A stretch of 64,000 bases of DNA from a virus. This document shows positions 61,158 to 64,000 of the stretch, piece by piece; the stretch's first letter is position 1, and each line of letters opens with the position of its first letter. The notes under the pieces were generated by a model. It searched no databases. It was given only the letters and a program-made list of their open reading frames with translations, and was not told where the DNA came from. The position numbers and the translations under genes are program-made. Where the stretch lies: positions 16,343 through 80,342 of the IMG/VR virus record IMGVR_UViG_3300028374_000002. One strand, given 5' to 3'.

Positions 61158-64000
61158 ATGTCTAATCACGAAAATCTAATTTGGTTTAATAAAGAAGGAG
61201 ATTTCCTTAATTTCAATTATAATGAATCAGTTAATAGATTCGAGGGAGATATACTCTTCCATGAGAGCTCTACTGATATATATAAAACATACGGACTTTA
61301 TATGTTTGAAGACGTACCATCATTTGACTTTGAAAGACCTAATGAATTAACTACAAGAAAGTTTCAGTTGTTTAATGAGAGGGGAATACACTTTTATGGC
61401 ACTGACTTAAAAAGCCAAGACATAACTAAAATAGAACCAGTAAACAACGATGTCGGATTTTATTCTAAATGGATATATGGTGATGATTTCCAAGCTAAGT
61501 TTCCAATTGGAACTATTGTATCATTCGATAATCCTTTCTTGGAGTTCAATAACCCTAATAAGACCTACGTAGTTTCTGGTAATAAAAGCAATGCTATACT
61601 TATACTATCACAAGTAGATAATAAAAGCTTTGAAATAGATTATCAACAACTCTATGAAAATGAAAACTCTTATATAAACCAAAAATTATCTGGTGTCAAT
61701 TGTATTGGTGTTTATGATTATATAGATATAGAAACTTATAAAGAAAAGTTATCAGATTGGAGCGAACCAGAATTTTATGATAAATATTTTATAGGCAAAA
61801 AATTGAATATAATAAATTCTAAATTAAACGACAAAGTAGTTACTGTTGATAACACAAAACTTATTGACTTAATCCACTATGAATATTTATTACATAAGGA
61901 TGAATTACCAGATGATAAAGACTTTATTATTGAGGTGATATCAAAAACCGATTTACCAAGGATATATAATGGGGGAATAGTTATAGATAGTGATAGTAGG
62001 ATAAACATAGATCCAAACTTTTATCCAGCTATCATAAAACCTGGTACTGAGTTCAAAATAGAGGGAAGTATAAACAGTGATGTGTTTTTAAGAGTATCTG
62101 ATTTGAGAAATTGGGATGGGATATTAACAACAACCGATTTTATAGTGGGTGACCAAGTTACATTCAACAACAGAATATTTCAGTGTAAAGAGAATTATGT
62201 ACAATCTTTTTCAAATATTGAAACATCATCAATCACACCTAGTAATAGCGAAAAATGGGGTAGACCCGATTATATAAAAATAGAACAAATATTACAACCA
62301 GATAATATATCATTAGGTCAGTTATACCTTACTACAGATAGATTTTATTTCACTTATAGTTGGGATACTAACAAAGAAATAACACTAGCATCTGCAATAG
62401 AAAAATATAAAGATGATTTAAATTTATTTAACATAGACCTATATTATGAGAATAATCAGGTTAATGCTGATTTGGTTTATCCAAGCCAGTATGCTAATGT
62501 CAATTTTTATCACACTGAGGCTATAAATACCAATAAAATTGGAGGATTTTTTAAAGCCATAGAAAGACTAGTTGGTGTTGGAGAAGATTTAGATTACGAA
62601 CTTAATTATAATAATTCAGAACTTTTTGATTTTAAAATAGTTTTTACAGACATAGATGAATTTGGTATAAAGGTAAATATAAATGGTATGATATATGAAG
62701 AAGAAGTTAGCTTTATATTTTCGGGAAACTCTATTGATGTAGAAAGAACAATAGATAGAACACTTAGAAACTGGTTGAGTAGAAATTATATCGAATTATT
62801 TAAACTAGGTATAGATATTCAACTTAGATTTTCTGGAAACACTACTTCTCTTTTCTATAATTCAATCAGAGTATTATCACAATATCCAAATGTACCTGTT
62901 AGCGTGGATGATGTATTAGTTGGGACAACTGCTAATTATTATATAGAACATTCAAGAGTATTATTTAGAGACTTGGGTGGGTATCTAGATATAAGAATAA
63001 ATGGTATATCATATGGTGTACAAACTATTTATAATAGTAGTACTAACACACCAGATGTGATATCAACAATAAGCAAATGGGTTAGAGAACACAATAATAG
63101 ATTGAATGATTTTGGTATAATTGTCAAAAACATAAATCAACTTTTGATATTTGATATAAAAGACCTAAAGAGAAGATTAGACTATACTATAACAACTGGT
63201 AAGGTTAATATACCTGGGTTAAAAGACTTTGAGATAAATAACTTAATAAAGGGCAATGAGGGTGTTATAATATCATCAAATGAAATCCTATTACCAAGAG
63301 ATAGAGATGAGAGTTTAGAAGATTTTGAAGAATATGGATTTGCAACTGGTATGGCTTTGAGTATAAACAATACTATATATTCTTTAGTTAATCAAGAATA
63401 TACTATCCAATACCTAGACCCACTCATAATGAATATAAGTTATGAAGGCCCATTTTGGGGACTTACATCTAGTATTTGTAATTCATCTGCATTTGTAACA
63501 TTGGCATTTGATAATGGTTATGGTTTAACTGGATGTGGTGAACCGTTATCCCCAGATAGAACAATTACAAGTCCGTTTAATACTGAATTTAGAAACTTAG
63601 AGCCAGATAATAATTTAAATCTAGATAAAAGTAATAGTCAGTTTAAGATTGATTTTAATGCTAATGACTATGAAGTTATCGAATTTGATTTAAATAGATT
63701 TTCTGGTGCTGATAATATGGTTGATATAATCTATATACAGAACTCTAACTCTATATACACACTAGCAGACTCTCTTATAGTTCACAATGCATCAACATCA
63801 AATATTGTTACAATAATTGACCTAATAAATAACATCGGAAGTATAAAACTTAAATATAATAATATTAATAATTATTTGTATGCACTAACTATTAATAGCA
63901 TGTATATTATAAATCCCTTAACAAATATGGTAATTGGGATTGTAGAATTTCAAAATAATGGAGAAGCTTTTGATATAGACTTTAATCCATTGAATGGTGA
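61158..64000 (+). CDS. large protein running off the window (>940 aa), probably structural (tail/baseplate)
   Basis: MSNHENLIWFNKEGD...; same frame still reads GEAFDIDFNPLNG at window end; TAATATATA at 61129-61137; absent from ORF track because no stop. Confidence 0.8.
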   Translation, partial: MSNHENLIWFNKEGDFLNFNYNESVNRFEGDILFHESSTDIYKTYGLYMFEDVPSFDFERPNELTTRKFQLFNERGIHFYGTDLKSQDITKIEPVNNDVGFYSKWIYGDDFQAKFPIGTIVSFDNPFLEFNNPNKTYVVSGNKSNAILILSQVDNKSFEIDYQQLYENENSYINQKLSGVNCIGVYDYIDIETYKEKLSDWSEPEFYDKYFIGKKLNIINSKLNDKVVTVDNTKLIDLIHYEYLLHKDELPDDKDFIIEVISKTDLPRIYNGGIVIDSDSRINIDPNFYPAIIKPGTEFKIEGSINSDVFLRVSDLRNWDGILTTTDFIVGDQVTFNNRIFQCKENYVQSFSNIETSSITPSNSEKWGRPDYIKIEQILQPDNISLGQLYLTTDRFYFTYSWDTNKEITLASAIEKYKDDLNLFNIDLYYENNQVNADLVYPSQYANVNFYHTEAINTNKIGGFFKAIERLVGVGEDLDYELNYNNSELFDFKIVFTDIDEFGIKVNINGMIYEEEVSFIFSGNSIDVERTIDRTLRNWLSRNYIELFKLGIDIQLRFSGNTTSLFYNSIRVLSQYPNVPVSVDDVLVGTTANYYIEHSRVLFRDLGGYLDIRINGISYGVQTIYNSSTNTPDVISTISKWVREHNNRLNDFGIIVKNINQLLIFDIKDLKRRLDYTITTGKVNIPGLKDFEINNLIKGNEGVIISSNEILLPRDRDESLEDFEEYGFATGMALSINNTIYSLVNQEYTIQYLDPLIMNISYEGPFWGLTSSICNSSAFVTLAFDNGYGLTGCGEPLSPDRTITSPFNTEFRNLEPDNNLNLDKSNSQFKIDFNANDYEVIEFDLNRFSGADNMVDIIYIQNSNSIYTLADSLIVHNASTSNIVTIIDLINNIGSIKLKYNNINNYLYALTINSMYIINPLTNMVIGIVEFQNNGEAFDIDFNPLNG

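Noticed and set aside
1..64000. Stop-codon reassignment (TAG or TGA), as in some large phages
   Set aside because: Coding density is high under the standard code, array paralogues end in TAA or TAG at the same position, and TGA is used in ATGA overlaps. Only one in-frame TGA was noticed.
1..64000. tRNA or rRNA genes
   Set aside because: No cloverleaf or GGTTCGA-type T-arm noticed in intergenic gaps by eye; tRNAscan-SE would be decisive.

Overview
Very AT-rich, densely coded window read with the standard genetic code. It looks like part of a jumbo (T4-like) bacteriophage, most likely infecting a Bacteroidota/Flavobacteriia host. Phage markers: T4-type topoisomerase II subunits, RNase H-like flap nuclease, Rnl1-type RNA ligase, free-standing homing endonucleases and many orphan ORFs. 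Host clues: TAnnTTTG promoters, a T9SS-CTD cargo gene and A|Q signal peptides. Host-like genes include dnaK, dnaJ, grpE, trxB, nusG and an M42 peptidase. Two loci stand out. (1) A 7.4-kb head-to-tail array of ten paralogous genes (45082-52490), each with a constant N-cap, 3-10 copies of a 21-aa LRR-like module with hypervariable strand positions, and a constant C-domain. DNA-level patchwork between copies and an N-terminal peptide resembling the T4 capsid-targeting sequence suggest a recombination-diversified, possibly virion-delivered binding-protein repertoire. (2) The topoisomerase large subunit is fractured into two genes by a naturally split intein with a Vsr-like endonuclease gene between the halves. 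All family assignments come from motif recognition by eye; no database searches were run.
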